The notes beneath the pieces are model-generated. The model ran no database searches and was not told the DNA's origin. It saw only the letters and a program-made list of their open reading frames with translations. A stretch of 35,862 nt of DNA from an uncultured Bacteroidota bacterium (GTDB taxonomy: Bacteria; Bacteroidota; Bacteroidia; UKL13-3): positions 1 through 35,862 of the forward strand of contig CAISTO010000012.1 of the NCBI GenBank assembly GCA_903888395.1. The letters are read 5' to 3'. This document shows, piece by piece, positions 26,252-35,760 of the stretch; the first letter of the stretch is position 1, and the number at the start of each line of letters is the position of its first letter. Both the position numbers and the translations under genes were made by a program.

Positions 26252-26338
26252 TTTCATTTGTTGAGATATTATATAATTAATTAATTACAAAGTTTTAGAA
26301 CTGAGTAAAAAAAATATTTTACTTTTAACAATCCCAAA

Positions 26339-27685
26339 ATGTTTAAAAAGATACTAATTGCCAATAGAGGCGAAATAGCATTGCGAATTATTCGTACTGC
26401 AAAGGAAATGGGTATAAAAACAGTAGCTGTTTACAGTACTGCCGATAAAGAAAGTTTACATGTAAGATTTGCTGATGAAGCAGTATGCATTGGACCTCCA
26501 CCATCAAATCTTTCTTATTTAAATATGGCTAGCATTATAGCCGCTGCCGAAATTACCAATGCCGATGCCATACATCCTGGTTATGGTTTTTTAAGTGAAA
26601 ACGCAAAATTTAGCCAAATTTGTAAAGATCATGGTATAAAATTTATTGGCGCTAGTCCAGAAATGATTAACGCTATGGGTGATAAGGCAAATGCCAAAGA
26701 TACCATGAAAAAAGCAGGAGTTCCTGTAGTTCCTGGCTCAGATGGTTTGCTTGAAAGCTTTGAACAAGGTATAACTATTGCCCAAGAAATTGGCTATCCT
26801 GTAATTATAAAAGCTACCGCTGGCGGTGGTGGAAGAGGAATGAGAATTATTTGGAATGCCGAAGAGTTTGAAAAAAATTGGGATAGCGCAAGACAAGAAT
26901 CTAAAGCAGCCTTTGGAAACGATGGAATGTATTTAGAAAAATACATTGAAGAACCTCGTCATATTGAAATTCAGTTAGCTGGAGATCAGTACGGAAAAGT
27001 TTGTCATTTATCGGAAAGAGATTGTTCAATTCAACGCAGACACCAAAAATTATTAGAGGAATCTCCTTCTCCATTTATGACTCCTGAATTAAGAGAAAAA
27101 ATGGGTGAAGCAGCTAAAAAAGGTGCAGCATCTATAGGATACGAGGGTTTAGGAACCATTGAATTTTTAGTTGATAAGCATAGAAATTTCTATTTCATGG
27201 AAATGAATACGCGTATTCAAGTGGAACATCCAGTTACTGAAGAAGTAATTAATTTTGACTTAGTAAAAGAGCAAATTTTATTAGCTGCAGGTGTTCCAAT
27301 CAGTGGTAAAGATCATTATCCAACCAAGCATTGTATTGAAGTTCGTATCAATGCCGAAGATCCTTTTAATAACTTTAGACCAACACCAGGAAAAATTGAA
27401 TATTTGCATAAGCCCGGTGGACATGGAGTTAGAGTAGATACACACGTTTACGCAGGTTATACCATTCCTTCTAATTACGATAGTATGATTGCAAAAATGA
27501 TTGTAAGCGCGCAAACTCGCGAAGAAGCAATTATTAAAATGGAACGTGCCTTAGGAGAATTTATTTTAGAAGGTCCAGGTATAAAAACAACCATTCCATT
27601 GCACTTAAAATTAATGCAAAACGAAGATTTTAAAGCAGGGAATTTTACTACTGCTTTTATGAATGATTTTGATATCAACAAATAA
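26339..27685 (+). CDS. accC: Acetyl-CoA carboxylase biotin carboxylase subunit
   Basis: [26 protein letters not shown]..., [17 protein letters not shown] and [14 protein letters not shown] are canonical AccC motifs. Confidence 0.97.
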   Translation: MFKKILIANRGEIALRIIRTAKEMGIKTVAVYSTADKESLHVRFADEAVCIGPPPSNLSYLNMASIIAAAEITNADAIHPGYGFLSENAKFSQICKDHGIKFIGASPEMINAMGDKANAKDTMKKAGVPVVPGSDGLLESFEQGITIAQEIGYPVIIKATAGGGGRGMRIIWNAEEFEKNWDSARQESKAAFGNDGMYLEKYIEEPRHIEIQLAGDQYGKVCHLSERDCSIQRRHQKLLEESPSPFMTPELREKMGEAAKKGAASIGYEGLGTIEFLVDKHRNFYFMEMNTRIQVEHPVTEEVINFDLVKEQILLAAGVPISGKDHYPTKHCIEVRINAEDPFNNFRPTPGKIEYLHKPGGHGVRVDTHVYAGYTIPSNYDSMIAKMIVSAQTREEAIIKMERALGEFILEGPGIKTTIPLHLKLMQNEDFKAGNFTTAFMNDFDINK

Positions 27686-27703
27686 AATTAAAAACTATAA
27701 AGT

Positions 27704-27737
27704 AAAAAGTCCACTCAGTTTTGAGTGGACTTTTTTA
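27704..27737. terminator. Bidirectional rho-independent terminator between convergent accC and rarA
   Basis: The 14-bp stem pairs aaaaagtccactca (27704-27717) with tgagtggacttttt (27722-27735). A-runs and T-runs flank it on both sides. Confidence 0.8.
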
Positions 27738-27751
27738 TTGATAAAATATTA

Positions 27752-29017
27752 CTAATAACCATATTTTTCTTTCCATCTATTTTTCAAAAATTGTCGTTGT
27801 TCATTTTCCCTAGCATTATTTCCCGGCTCATAAAATTTTTGTCCATTGATGCCATCTGGTAAAAACTCCTGCATAATAAAATTATTTTCATACGCGTGTG
27901 CATAGTGATAATCTGATCCATAATTCAAGTCTTTCATTAATTGTGTAGGTGCATTTCTTAAATGCAATGGAACTGGTAAATTGCCAGTTTTTTTAACCGT
28001 ACTCATGGCCTCGTCAATAGCCAAATAACTGGCATTACTTTTTACCGATGTAGCCAAATAAATGACTGTTTGACTCAATATAATTCGTGCTTCAGGCATG
28101 CCAATCATTTGAATAGCTTGAAAACAATTGGTAGCCAAAAGCAATGCATTTGGATTGGCGTTTCCTATGTCTTCGCTAGCCAAAATAAGCATTCTTCTAG
28201 CTATAAATTCTATACTTTCACCAGCGTCTAACATTCTTGCCAAGTAATACACAGCGGCATTGGGGTCGCTTCCGCGCATTGATTTTATGAAAGCTGAAAT
28301 TACATTATAATGCTCTTCTCCACCTTTATCGTATTTAGCAGTTTTTTGCTGCAAAATTCTGGTTGTACTTTCATTATTTATAATAATAGGAGTTGTATTG
28401 GTTTGAGTAATTATTTGCTCTAATATGTTTAATAATTTCCTTGCATCGCCACCACTGTGTAAAAACAAGGCCTCGGTTTCACTAAAAGTTATATTTTTGC
28501 TTTGCAACCATTCATCAGTGGCTATTGCTTTATCTATAATTTGCTGTAAATGCTCCTTATTTAACTCTTTTAAAATATATACTTGACAGCGCGAAAGCAA
28601 TGCATTATTTACTTCAAAACTTGGGTTTTCGGTGGAAGCACCAATTAACACAATACTGCCATTTTCAACTGCGCCCAAAAGTGCATCTTGCTGGCTTTTA
28701 TTGAAGCGATGAATTTCATCTAAAAACAATAATACTTTTCCAATGGTTTTTGCTTCTGTAATTATTTTCCTAACATCGGCCACACCAGCATTGATGGCAC
28801 TTAAACCATAAAAAGGTAAGTTTAATTCTTGTCCAATTATTCGTGCAAGCGTAGTTTTTCCAACTCCTGGAGGTCCCCAAAAAATAATAGATGGAATGCT
28901 TTTGTTTTGAATTGCCTCTCGCAAAATGGCTCCTTTGCCAATTAAATGTTCTTGCCCAGTGTATTCATCTAAGTTTTTAGGTCTTACTCTTTCGGCTAAC
29001 GGTTTTTGTATATTCAT
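27752..29017 (-). CDS. rarA: Replication-associated recombination protein A (MgsA/RarA AAA+ ATPase)
   Basis: [19 protein letters not shown], Walker [15 protein letters not shown], Walker [12 protein letters not shown], and the C-terminal MgsA domain ([22 protein letters not shown]). Confidence 0.93.
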   Translation of the reverse strand: MNIQKPLAERVRPKNLDEYTGQEHLIGKGAILREAIQNKSIPSIIFWGPPGVGKTTLARIIGQELNLPFYGLSAINAGVADVRKIITEAKTIGKVLLFLDEIHRFNKSQQDALLGAVENGSIVLIGASTENPSFEVNNALLSRCQVYILKELNKEHLQQIIDKAIATDEWLQSKNITFSETEALFLHSGGDARKLLNILEQIITQTNTTPIIINNESTTRILQQKTAKYDKGGEEHYNVISAFIKSMRGSDPNAAVYYLARMLDAGESIEFIARRMLILASEDIGNANPNALLLATNCFQAIQMIGMPEARIILSQTVIYLATSVKSNASYLAIDEAMSTVKKTGNLPVPLHLRNAPTQLMKDLNYGSDYHYAHAYENNFIMQEFLPDGINGQKFYEPGNNARENEQRQFLKNRWKEKYGY

Positions 29018-29163
29018 TTTATTGCAAATGTATTTGCAATAATAAGCATCAAATTTTCAGTTCAATAATTGTAGTTAATAATAATTGGTTTTTGCCGTTT
29101 GCCTTGCTTTTTGAATAGTTTAAAATATTTATAAATTATTCCATTTTATCAATAGTATTTTTC

Positions 29164-29171
29164 TATTTTTG
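29164..29171 (+). promoter_or_regulatory. Putative -7 promoter element (TAnnTTTG) upstream of rpoN
   Basis: TATTTTTG is an exact match, 12 nt upstream of ATG 29183. No -33 TTG is seen at the expected spacing. A chance occurrence is plausible. Confidence 0.25.
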
Positions 29172-29182
29172 AAAATAATAAA

Positions 29183-30652
29183 ATGTTAAAACAAGGACTA
29201 TATCAAAAACAACAGCAAAAGCTTTCGCCTTTGCAAATTCAGTTCATTAAGTTGTTGCAACTTACCACTATTGATTTTTTGCAGCGCATTGATTTGGAAA
29301 TGATTGAGAATCCTGCTTTGTTAAGTAATAAGGATACAGACGCTTTGCCAAGTGAAGATCCAAAAACCGAAACTCAAGAAAATGAAGAATATGAAAAGGA
29401 TTCAAGTGTTGATGATTATTTGGCAAGTGAATCTTTTGATGTGAAAGAATATGTAAATGATGAATATGAACCTGATGGTTTTCATTTAAGTGATGAGGGT
29501 AATGAAGAACGAAAAGATTCGCCAATAGCTGATACTTCTACTTTTCATGATGCATTATTAGAACAATTTAGTGCTGTAGTAACCTCAGAAAAAGAAGAAA
29601 TTATAGGTAATCAAATTATAGGCACAATTGACGATGATGGCTATTTACGTAGACCTTTGGAATCAATTATAAACGATTTAGCTTTTGCACAAAATATTGA
29701 AACTGATTTAACAGAAATGAAGCATGTATTGGCCAAAATTCAAAAGTTAGATCCTCCCGGTATTGGTGCTACAAGCTTGCAGCAATGTTTAATTATTCAA
29801 TTGCAACGCAAAGATTATTATAACCGTGCCATTGAATTAGCCATTGAAGTTTTAGAAAAATATTTTGAAGAATTTACCAAAAAACATTACGAAAAAATAG
29901 CAAGGGAGTTAAACCTTGACGATGAAAAAATAAAGTCGATAATAGGAATAATTACCAAATTGAATCCTAAACCAGGTGATAGTTATGGCGGGCAAGCTGC
30001 CCAATATATTATGCCCGATTTTACTTTAAATGATGAAGGGGGCATTTTAAGTGTAAGTTTAAACGGAAGAAACACGCCTGATTTGCGTATTAGCAGAACG
30101 TATATGGATGCTTTAAAAGCATACGACAAAAGCGATGCACCAACTAAAGAGCAAAAAGATACAGTCATGTATATTAAGCAAAAATTAGACGGGGCAAAAT
30201 GGTTTATTGATAGCATTAAACAACGTCAAAATACTTTACTTACCACCATGAATGCCATTTTGCAATACCAACACAATTATTTTGAAGATGGCGATGATAG
30301 TAAATTAAAACCAATGATTTTAAAAACCATAGCCGATATGACGGGTTACGATATTTCAACCATAAGCAGGGTTGCAAATAGTAAATATATTCAAACAAGC
30401 TGGGGAATTATTTCGTTAAAATATTTTTTTAGTGAGGGAATTACCAACGATGATGGGGAGGAAGTAAGTAGCAGAGAAGTAAAAAAAATATTGAAAGAAG
30501 CCATTGAAGTTGAGGATAAACACAAGCCCTTACCTGATGAAAAATTGATGGAAATATTGAAAGAGAAAGGATATAACATTGCTCGTAGAACGGTGGCTAA
30601 ATACCGTGAACAATTAAATTTACCCGTAGCTAGGTTACGAAAAGAACTTTAA
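29183..30652 (+). CDS. rpoN: RNA polymerase sigma-54 factor
   Basis: N-terminal region I (LKQGLYQKQQQKLSPLQIQFIKLLQL), an acidic region II, the core-binding domain, an HTH and the RpoN box (ARRTVAKYREQLNLP) are all present. Confidence 0.95.
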   Translation: MLKQGLYQKQQQKLSPLQIQFIKLLQLTTIDFLQRIDLEMIENPALLSNKDTDALPSEDPKTETQENEEYEKDSSVDDYLASESFDVKEYVNDEYEPDGFHLSDEGNEERKDSPIADTSTFHDALLEQFSAVVTSEKEEIIGNQIIGTIDDDGYLRRPLESIINDLAFAQNIETDLTEMKHVLAKIQKLDPPGIGATSLQQCLIIQLQRKDYYNRAIELAIEVLEKYFEEFTKKHYEKIARELNLDDEKIKSIIGIITKLNPKPGDSYGGQAAQYIMPDFTLNDEGGILSVSLNGRNTPDLRISRTYMDALKAYDKSDAPTKEQKDTVMYIKQKLDGAKWFIDSIKQRQNTLLTTMNAILQYQHNYFEDGDDSKLKPMILKTIADMTGYDISTISRVANSKYIQTSWGIISLKYFFSEGITNDDGEEVSSREVKKILKEAIEVEDKHKPLPDEKLMEILKEKGYNIARRTVAKYREQLNLPVARLRKEL

Positions 30653-30658
30653 ATTTGA

Positions 30659-31342
30659 ATGGCATTGTACTTTGTAGTTGATGATATTTTCCCTGAATCG
30701 GTTTTAACCAGAAGGAAAGATGGCTTACTGGCTGTTGGAGGAAAAATGAGTCCCGACTTGGTTTTAAAAGCATATAGGAAAGGAATTTTTCATTGGTTCA
30801 ACGACCCGGAATTTCCCATGTGGTTTAGCCCAAATCCTAGAACTGTTATTTATCCAAGTGAAATTTATATTTCAAAAAGTATGAAGAAGCTGATTAATAG
30901 TAAGCAGTTTGATATAACTTTTGATAAAGATTTTGAACAATTAATTAGACTTTGCAGAACCGAAAGGCTAAAAAATGAAGGCACTTGGATTAGCGAAGAA
31001 ATAGAAGATATTTACAATATTTTACACTTAAAAGGCCATGCACATAGTGTAGAAGTTTGGTTCGAAAACAAATTAGTTGGAGGACTTTATGGTGTTGCCA
31101 TTGGCAAATGTTTTATGGGTGAAAGCATGGTGAGCACTATGAGTAATGCCAGCAAAACAGCCATGATTTATTTATGCCAACACCTTCAAAAATTTGATTT
31201 TCACTTTATAGATTGTCAAATTGAAAACCCACATTTAATGAGCATGGGCGCTGTAAATATTCCACGAAAAGATTTCTTAAAAGAATTAAATCAATTTATA
31301 AAATTAAGCAGCAACGCTTTTGATAAAGAAAATTTATTATAG
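30659..31342 (+). CDS. aat: Leucyl/phenylalanyl-tRNA--protein transferase
   Basis: LLAVGGKMSPDLVLKAYRKGIFHWF, GTWISEEI, GHAHSVEVW...LVGGLYGVAIGKCFMGESM...NASK and IDCQ all line up with E. coli Aat motifs. The gene starts 6 nt after the rpoN stop. Confidence 0.9.
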   Translation: MALYFVVDDIFPESVLTRRKDGLLAVGGKMSPDLVLKAYRKGIFHWFNDPEFPMWFSPNPRTVIYPSEIYISKSMKKLINSKQFDITFDKDFEQLIRLCRTERLKNEGTWISEEIEDIYNILHLKGHAHSVEVWFENKLVGGLYGVAIGKCFMGESMVSTMSNASKTAMIYLCQHLQKFDFHFIDCQIENPHLMSMGAVNIPRKDFLKELNQFIKLSSNAFDKENLL

Positions 31343-31347
31343 GTAAT

Positions 31348-32125
31348 TTAGAAAAAAGAAGGGCACTTTATTCTACCAGGTAATCTGTAAGCCAAACAAG
31401 TAGAAAAGGTCATGTACCAATCATTATAATTATCAGAACCTCTCATGGAGCCAGCAACACCAGGTTTAGTACCAATAACTTCATAACTCCTATCTGCTAT
31501 CTGTTGTGTTCTTAAACTACTTTTGCTTAAATCTGCATATTTGCCACTTACATCGTCAATATAGTCGGTATAGGTTTTTCTAATATTAAAATTTGCTTCT
31601 AAACTTAAGTTTCTAGCAAAAATCCATTTTGCGCCAATACCAAAAGGTACTGCAAATGAATAAGTACCGTAAATTACATCTTCAGTTTTTAAGTCGCGAA
31701 GGTTAACTGTTTGTCCTGCATAAATTGTTTGAGGTGTATATTTAAAACCTGCTAATCCGCCAAATATATAGCCAGTTATTTTACTATCTAAAACACCATA
31801 ACCATAATTTGCGAAATTATATTCAACTAACCCCGCATATTCTGTAATATTATCAGTAAAACTTAAATTACGTGATTTGTTAAAGTCAAAATTTTTGTCG
31901 GTTCCACTTACTTGTAATGAAGTAATTTGCCCAGTTAAAGCCCAAACTTTACTTAAATTTAAGCGAGCAAATACATTCAATGTTGGATTAGATTCATTCA
32001 ATGCAATACTTGGTGCTAAATCGCCCCAATAATTGGCCAGTCCAATTCCAAATCCAACATCTACTCGTTGTGCATTGACACTAATCAATTTTACTAAAAA
32101 AAATATAATGAAAAGCTTTTTCAAA
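31348..32125 (-). CDS. DUF6089-like outer-membrane beta-barrel protein (paralogue 2)
   Basis: I prefer the in-frame TTG at 32125, which gives a clean signal peptide (M)KKLFIIFFLVKLISVNAQ. The track ORF starts at GTG 32157 and would overlap the upstream gene by 22 nt. The protein has alternating beta-strand patterning and the motif YxxYIDDVSGKYAD. The C-terminus reads ...GRIKCPSFF. Confidence 0.7.
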
Positions 32126-32135
32126 GAGTTTTTGT

Positions 32136-32990
32136 TTAGTTGAAAAAGGTAGGGCACCCTTGACCTCTTGAACGAATCATATAGCTAATTGTAATGCCAG
32201 AAATAAAATATAAATCGTTTTCAAAATTCTGTTTGTTACTGCGCAAAACGGTATCTTTAAAACGAATATGTGTTGGATCAATTTCAGTACTTCTGTCGGA
32301 AAGGAAAGCAGCAGTAGCACCAGTGTTTGATTTTACAACATTGTTATCAGCATAGAAACCGCCAACATCATCCAAATAATTAGTGGTTGTATACCTAATT
32401 CCTGTTTCAAATCCTATTAAAAATGCATCACTAATTCTTGTTCTAAAACCTATTCCAAATGGAATCATAATTTCAGTTAAATTATATTTTTTTCTTTCGT
32501 TATAAGTAGTTGAACCCTGACCTTCTGTAGCTAAAGGTTGTAGTTCATATACTTTACCTACTGAATCTGATTTTGGATTGAAATTAAATACACCTATACC
32601 CGCAAAAACATAAGGAATAAATGGTCGATTACTTATGTTTTTTAAATCATTTTTCAATAAATTATATTCAAAATGAGCACTAAATTCATAAATATCTGTA
32701 AAAAAATTTAAATTTCTAAGTTTTGAAACTTCATTTGAGCTTTGTTTGTCATCCCCACTAATATGGCCATAACTAACCATACCTTTTACAGCAATCTTAT
32801 CTGAAAAATTATACCTTCCAAAAAAAGATGTGGCAAAATATGTATTATTAAAATTGATTTTTTCATCACTCAAATCACCTAAATAGTGTGATGTGCCAAA
32901 TAGCATTCCTAGCTCAATTTGCTGCGCTTTTGCAGTAATATAAGTTAATGTAATTATTATAAAAACTATTAATGGTTTTACTAAATTCAT
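32136..32990 (-). CDS. DUF6089-like outer-membrane beta-barrel protein (paralogue 1)
   Basis: ATG 32990 gives the signal peptide MNLVKPLIVFIIITLTYITAKAQ; the track uses TTG 32999. The architecture matches the downstream gene (GxxxYLGDL, NYLDDVGGFYAD). The C-terminus reads ...GQGCPTFFN. Confidence 0.7.
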   Translation of the reverse strand: MNLVKPLIVFIIITLTYITAKAQQIELGMLFGTSHYLGDLSDEKINFNNTYFATSFFGRYNFSDKIAVKGMVSYGHISGDDKQSSNEVSKLRNLNFFTDIYEFSAHFEYNLLKNDLKNISNRPFIPYVFAGIGVFNFNPKSDSVGKVYELQPLATEGQGSTTYNERKKYNLTEIMIPFGIGFRTRISDAFLIGFETGIRYTTTNYLDDVGGFYADNNVVKSNTGATAAFLSDRSTEIDPTHIRFKDTVLRSNKQNFENDLYFISGITISYMIRSRGQGCPTFFN

Positions 32991-33105
32991 AGAAAACAAA
33001 AATATATATTTTTTTAAATGTTCAAAGACTTTTTTTATAGGAACAAAAACTTATCAGAAATTTTACGAAAGGAATGATTTTTTAATGTACTAACTTAGAT
33101 TTATT

Positions 33106-33789
33106 TTAATCAATTTCATTAGTTTTTACTCTGATATTCAAGTTATCTAGGTAAAATTTGCAATACTTAATAGTTCTGCCTCTTTCTGAAAAAAGTTTTT
33201 CATAATGAGTGGTTATATTCCTTAAATTATCATAATTATGAGCTTCATGATGCACATTTCTAATAATTTCTACTGGTTTTATATTCAATTGCGCTAATGT
33301 TTCTAATGTGTAATCAAACAAATTATCATCATCTGTTTTAAAGTGGATAGGTCCATTTTCTTTTAAAACTTCTTTGTAAATAGCTAAAAATTCTGGGTGC
33401 GTTAATCGGTTTTTTTCGTGTCTTTCTTTTGGAAATGGATCGGGAAAAGTAATCCAAATTTCATCTACTTCATTTTTTTCAAAAACTTCATTTAGTTTTT
33501 GAACAGTCATTCTTACAAACGCAGAATTTTGCAAGTTTTCTGCTTGCGCAATCTTAGCGCCCTTCCACATTCTGTTGCTTTTTATATCTATTCCAATAAA
33601 ATTGGTATTCAAATCCTGTTGCGATAAATTTACCGTGTATTCGCCTTTACCGCAAGCCAATTCAAGAATAATTGGATTTTGGTTTTTAAATACTTGTGTT
33701 TGCCATTTTCCTTTTAAATGAAAAGGAAAATCGAAACAGTTATTCATTACTGAAAATTCTGAAAAACGTTTTAATTTTTGTTGTCCCAT
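33106..33789 (-). CDS. trmB: tRNA (guanine46-N7)-methyltransferase
   Basis: The SAM-binding motif is ILELACGKGEYTV...NFIGIDIK. The TrmB motif is WITFPDPFPKERHEKNRL. ATG 33789 (MGQQKLKRF...) is preferred over TTG 33798. Confidence 0.9.
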   Translation of the reverse strand: MGQQKLKRFSEFSVMNNCFDFPFHLKGKWQTQVFKNQNPIILELACGKGEYTVNLSQQDLNTNFIGIDIKSNRMWKGAKIAQAENLQNSAFVRMTVQKLNEVFEKNEVDEIWITFPDPFPKERHEKNRLTHPEFLAIYKEVLKENGPIHFKTDDDNLFDYTLETLAQLNIKPVEIIRNVHHEAHNYDNLRNITTHYEKLFSERGRTIKYCKFYLDNLNIRVKTNEID

Positions 33790-33822
33790 ATTACACAAAA
33801 AATGATGTGTTTAATGTTTATT

Positions 33823-35091
33823 TTATTGAGGTTTTGAATGAGGTGTAGTTTGGTGATTGGTATGATGATTTACTCCTTTTGGTTTCTTTTTAAAACCATT
33901 ATTTTTCTTAAAATCATTAAACGGTCGGTGTTCTTTTACTTCCGGTTGGTATAAAGGTGCCTCACCCAAAAATGTTGGCAATGGTAATTTTGGAACTTCA
34001 GCTCCGATTAAATTTTCAATACTAAAAAACCTGCGTTGGTCTTTCTGATTGATGAATGTAATAGCCGTTCCAGTACTTTCAGCCCTTGCGGTTCGGCCTA
34101 TTCTGTGAATATAATCTTCAGGATCTGGTGGAACATCAAAATTAATTACCAAACTTATTCCATCTACATCTATTCCACGCGAAAGAATATCTGTTCCAAT
34201 TAATATTTGAACTTCTTTATTTTTAAACGCACGCATAATATCTTCTCGCTCCGATTGTTCCAAATCGCTATGGAATGCTTTAATAGATAATTTGCTGCGT
34301 TGCAATTCTTTGTTCAGTTCCTTTACTTTTTCTTTGGTACCAGCAAAAATAATTACACTGTTATGTTCTTTCTCTGTTAGTATATGTTTTACCAATGCTA
34401 TTTTTTGCGCATCGTAAACCATGAATGCTTGCTGTAATATTCCCGCTGCTGGCTTACTTAACGCAATATTTATTTGCTCCGGATTTTTTAATATTTTATT
34501 TGCTAAAGTTCTAATTTTTGGCGGCATGGTTGCCGAAAATAAAACAGTTTGTCTATCGGTTGGCAAGTAATTTATAATGCGCATGATGTCGTCATTAAAA
34601 CCCATGTCAAGCATTCTGTCGGCTTCGTCTAACACCAAATGTTTTAGTGTACTCATGTCTACTTTTCCTGCCGAAGTAAGCATGGCAAGTAACCTACCTG
34701 GAGTGGCTATAATTATATCAGCACCTTCGCGCATGGCTTTCTTTTGTTGGTCAAAAGCGGCACCATCAGTTCCACCATAAATTGAAATAGAACTAATTCC
34801 CAAGAAGTATGCAAAACCTTCTACTTGCTGGTCTATTTGTTGTGCTAATTCTCGGGTTGGCGCTATAATTAATGTGTTTAAATTACGCGTTTCTGTTTGT
34901 ACTATTTTACTTAAAATAGGTAATAAATAAGCAGCGGTTTTTCCCGTTCCTGTTTGTGCGCATGCAATCAAATCTTTGTTTTCAACGATTAAGGGAATGG
35001 CTAATTCTTGAATGGGAGTAGGCTTGTCGTAGCCCATTGAATATAGGCCATCTAATAGCCTTTGGTCAAAATTAAAGTCAGTAAAGTTCAA
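33823..35091 (-). CDS. DEAD-box ATP-dependent RNA helicase with a basic C-terminal tail
   Basis: Motifs present: Q-motif (F..L...GYDKPTPIQ), motif I AQTGTGKTAAY, PTRELA, motif II DEAD, SAT and HRIGRTAR. The only start that retains the Q-motif is TTG at 35089-35091, and the next upstream in-frame codon is a stop. Confidence 0.93.
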   Translation of the reverse strand: MNFTDFNFDQRLLDGLYSMGYDKPTPIQELAIPLIVENKDLIACAQTGTGKTAAYLLPILSKIVQTETRNLNTLIIAPTRELAQQIDQQVEGFAYFLGISSISIYGGTDGAAFDQQKKAMREGADIIIATPGRLLAMLTSAGKVDMSTLKHLVLDEADRMLDMGFNDDIMRIINYLPTDRQTVLFSATMPPKIRTLANKILKNPEQINIALSKPAAGILQQAFMVYDAQKIALVKHILTEKEHNSVIIFAGTKEKVKELNKELQRSKLSIKAFHSDLEQSEREDIMRAFKNKEVQILIGTDILSRGIDVDGISLVINFDVPPDPEDYIHRIGRTARAESTGTAITFINQKDQRRFFSIENLIGAEVPKLPLPTFLGEAPLYQPEVKEHRPFNDFKKNNGFKKKPKGVNHHTNHQTTPHSKPQ

Positions 35092-35111
35092 TTATTTTTT
35101 GTGTTTAAAAT

Positions 35112-35148
35112 TGCATTTCATTGTTTGTTTTTTTAACAATAAAATGCA
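35112..35148 (-). promoter_or_regulatory. Stable hairpin in the helicase 5' leader, or terminator of the DUF4293 gene
   Basis: The arms tgcatttcattgtt (35112-35125) and aacaataaaatgca (35135-35148) are 13/14 complementary. The hairpin lies ~20 nt upstream of the helicase TTG start and ~90 nt downstream of the DUF4293 stop on the minus strand. Confidence 0.35.
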
Positions 35149-35238
35149 GGGTAATATTTATAAATTTTGCTCAATATATGTATTTATTCCGCTAACTCTA
35201 TTTTTAGCACACAATAATCAACTTTATTGAGTTGGTTT

Positions 35239-35760
35239 TTATCTTATTCTGTCGGCACTTTTTACTAAATCATCATCCTTTTTAATTAAGCGCAATACTC
35301 TAAAGTTAAGGTATAAATTAAATATCATCAACATGACACCAAGGGTAGAGTATGGCATTAATTTTCCAAATTCAAAGCCAGGTATATAATTGATTGCTTT
35401 AGCAAAAACTGCTGAATACATCATTATCATGACTAAAAAGTTTAAACGTGTTAGCTTCATTTGTTTTTCGCGGTTTTTATAGCTAAAAATAATGCTTAAT
35501 GTTAATCCAATTAGTAAGGCTGCAATGGCAATTAAACCGTATTGTATGGTTTGTGATTTTAATATACTGGTTTGTGTTTCGTGGCCACCAACCATACTTT
35601 TTTGTACTTCGGTAACTTTAAAATAAAATATGTTTAAGTCATATTCATCTACCCCATTGGTTGGATTTGCTTGTTTCAATGATAGTAAACTTCCGCTAAA
35701 CATTATTGATGTTAGCACTATAATGGCAATTAAATATACGGTTTGAATGCGTTGAATCAT
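35239..35760 (-). CDS. DUF4293-family integral membrane protein
   Basis: 173 aa. The N-terminus MIQRIQTVYLIAIIVL is typical of DUF4293. Four or five predicted TM helices. Confidence 0.75.
   Translation of the reverse strand: MIQRIQTVYLIAIIVLTSIMFSGSLLSLKQANPTNGVDEYDLNIFYFKVTEVQKSMVGGHETQTSILKSQTIQYGLIAIAALLIGLTLSIIFSYKNREKQMKLTRLNFLVMIMMYSAVFAKAINYIPGFEFGKLMPYSTLGVMLMIFNLYLNFRVLRLIKKDDDLVKSADRIR

Noticed and set aside
999-34780. About twenty 60-115-aa ORFs in the track lie antisense to, or out of frame within, the large genes. They are 999-1205, 3965-4225, 4470-4658, 6069-6293, 10380-10613, 10871-11092, 12300-12506, 12507-12749, 15352-15534, 16890-17120, 17824-18030, 18358-18579, 21157-21354, 22755-23102, 23802-24011, 23947-24132, 27281-27514, 27475-27681, 29268-29525, 29983-30216, 30391-30579 and 34577-34780.
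   Set aside because: Each is fully embedded in a much longer ORF with strong family motifs. Their translations are low-complexity or hydrophobic strings typical of shadow ORFs in AT-rich DNA. None has recognisable motifs.
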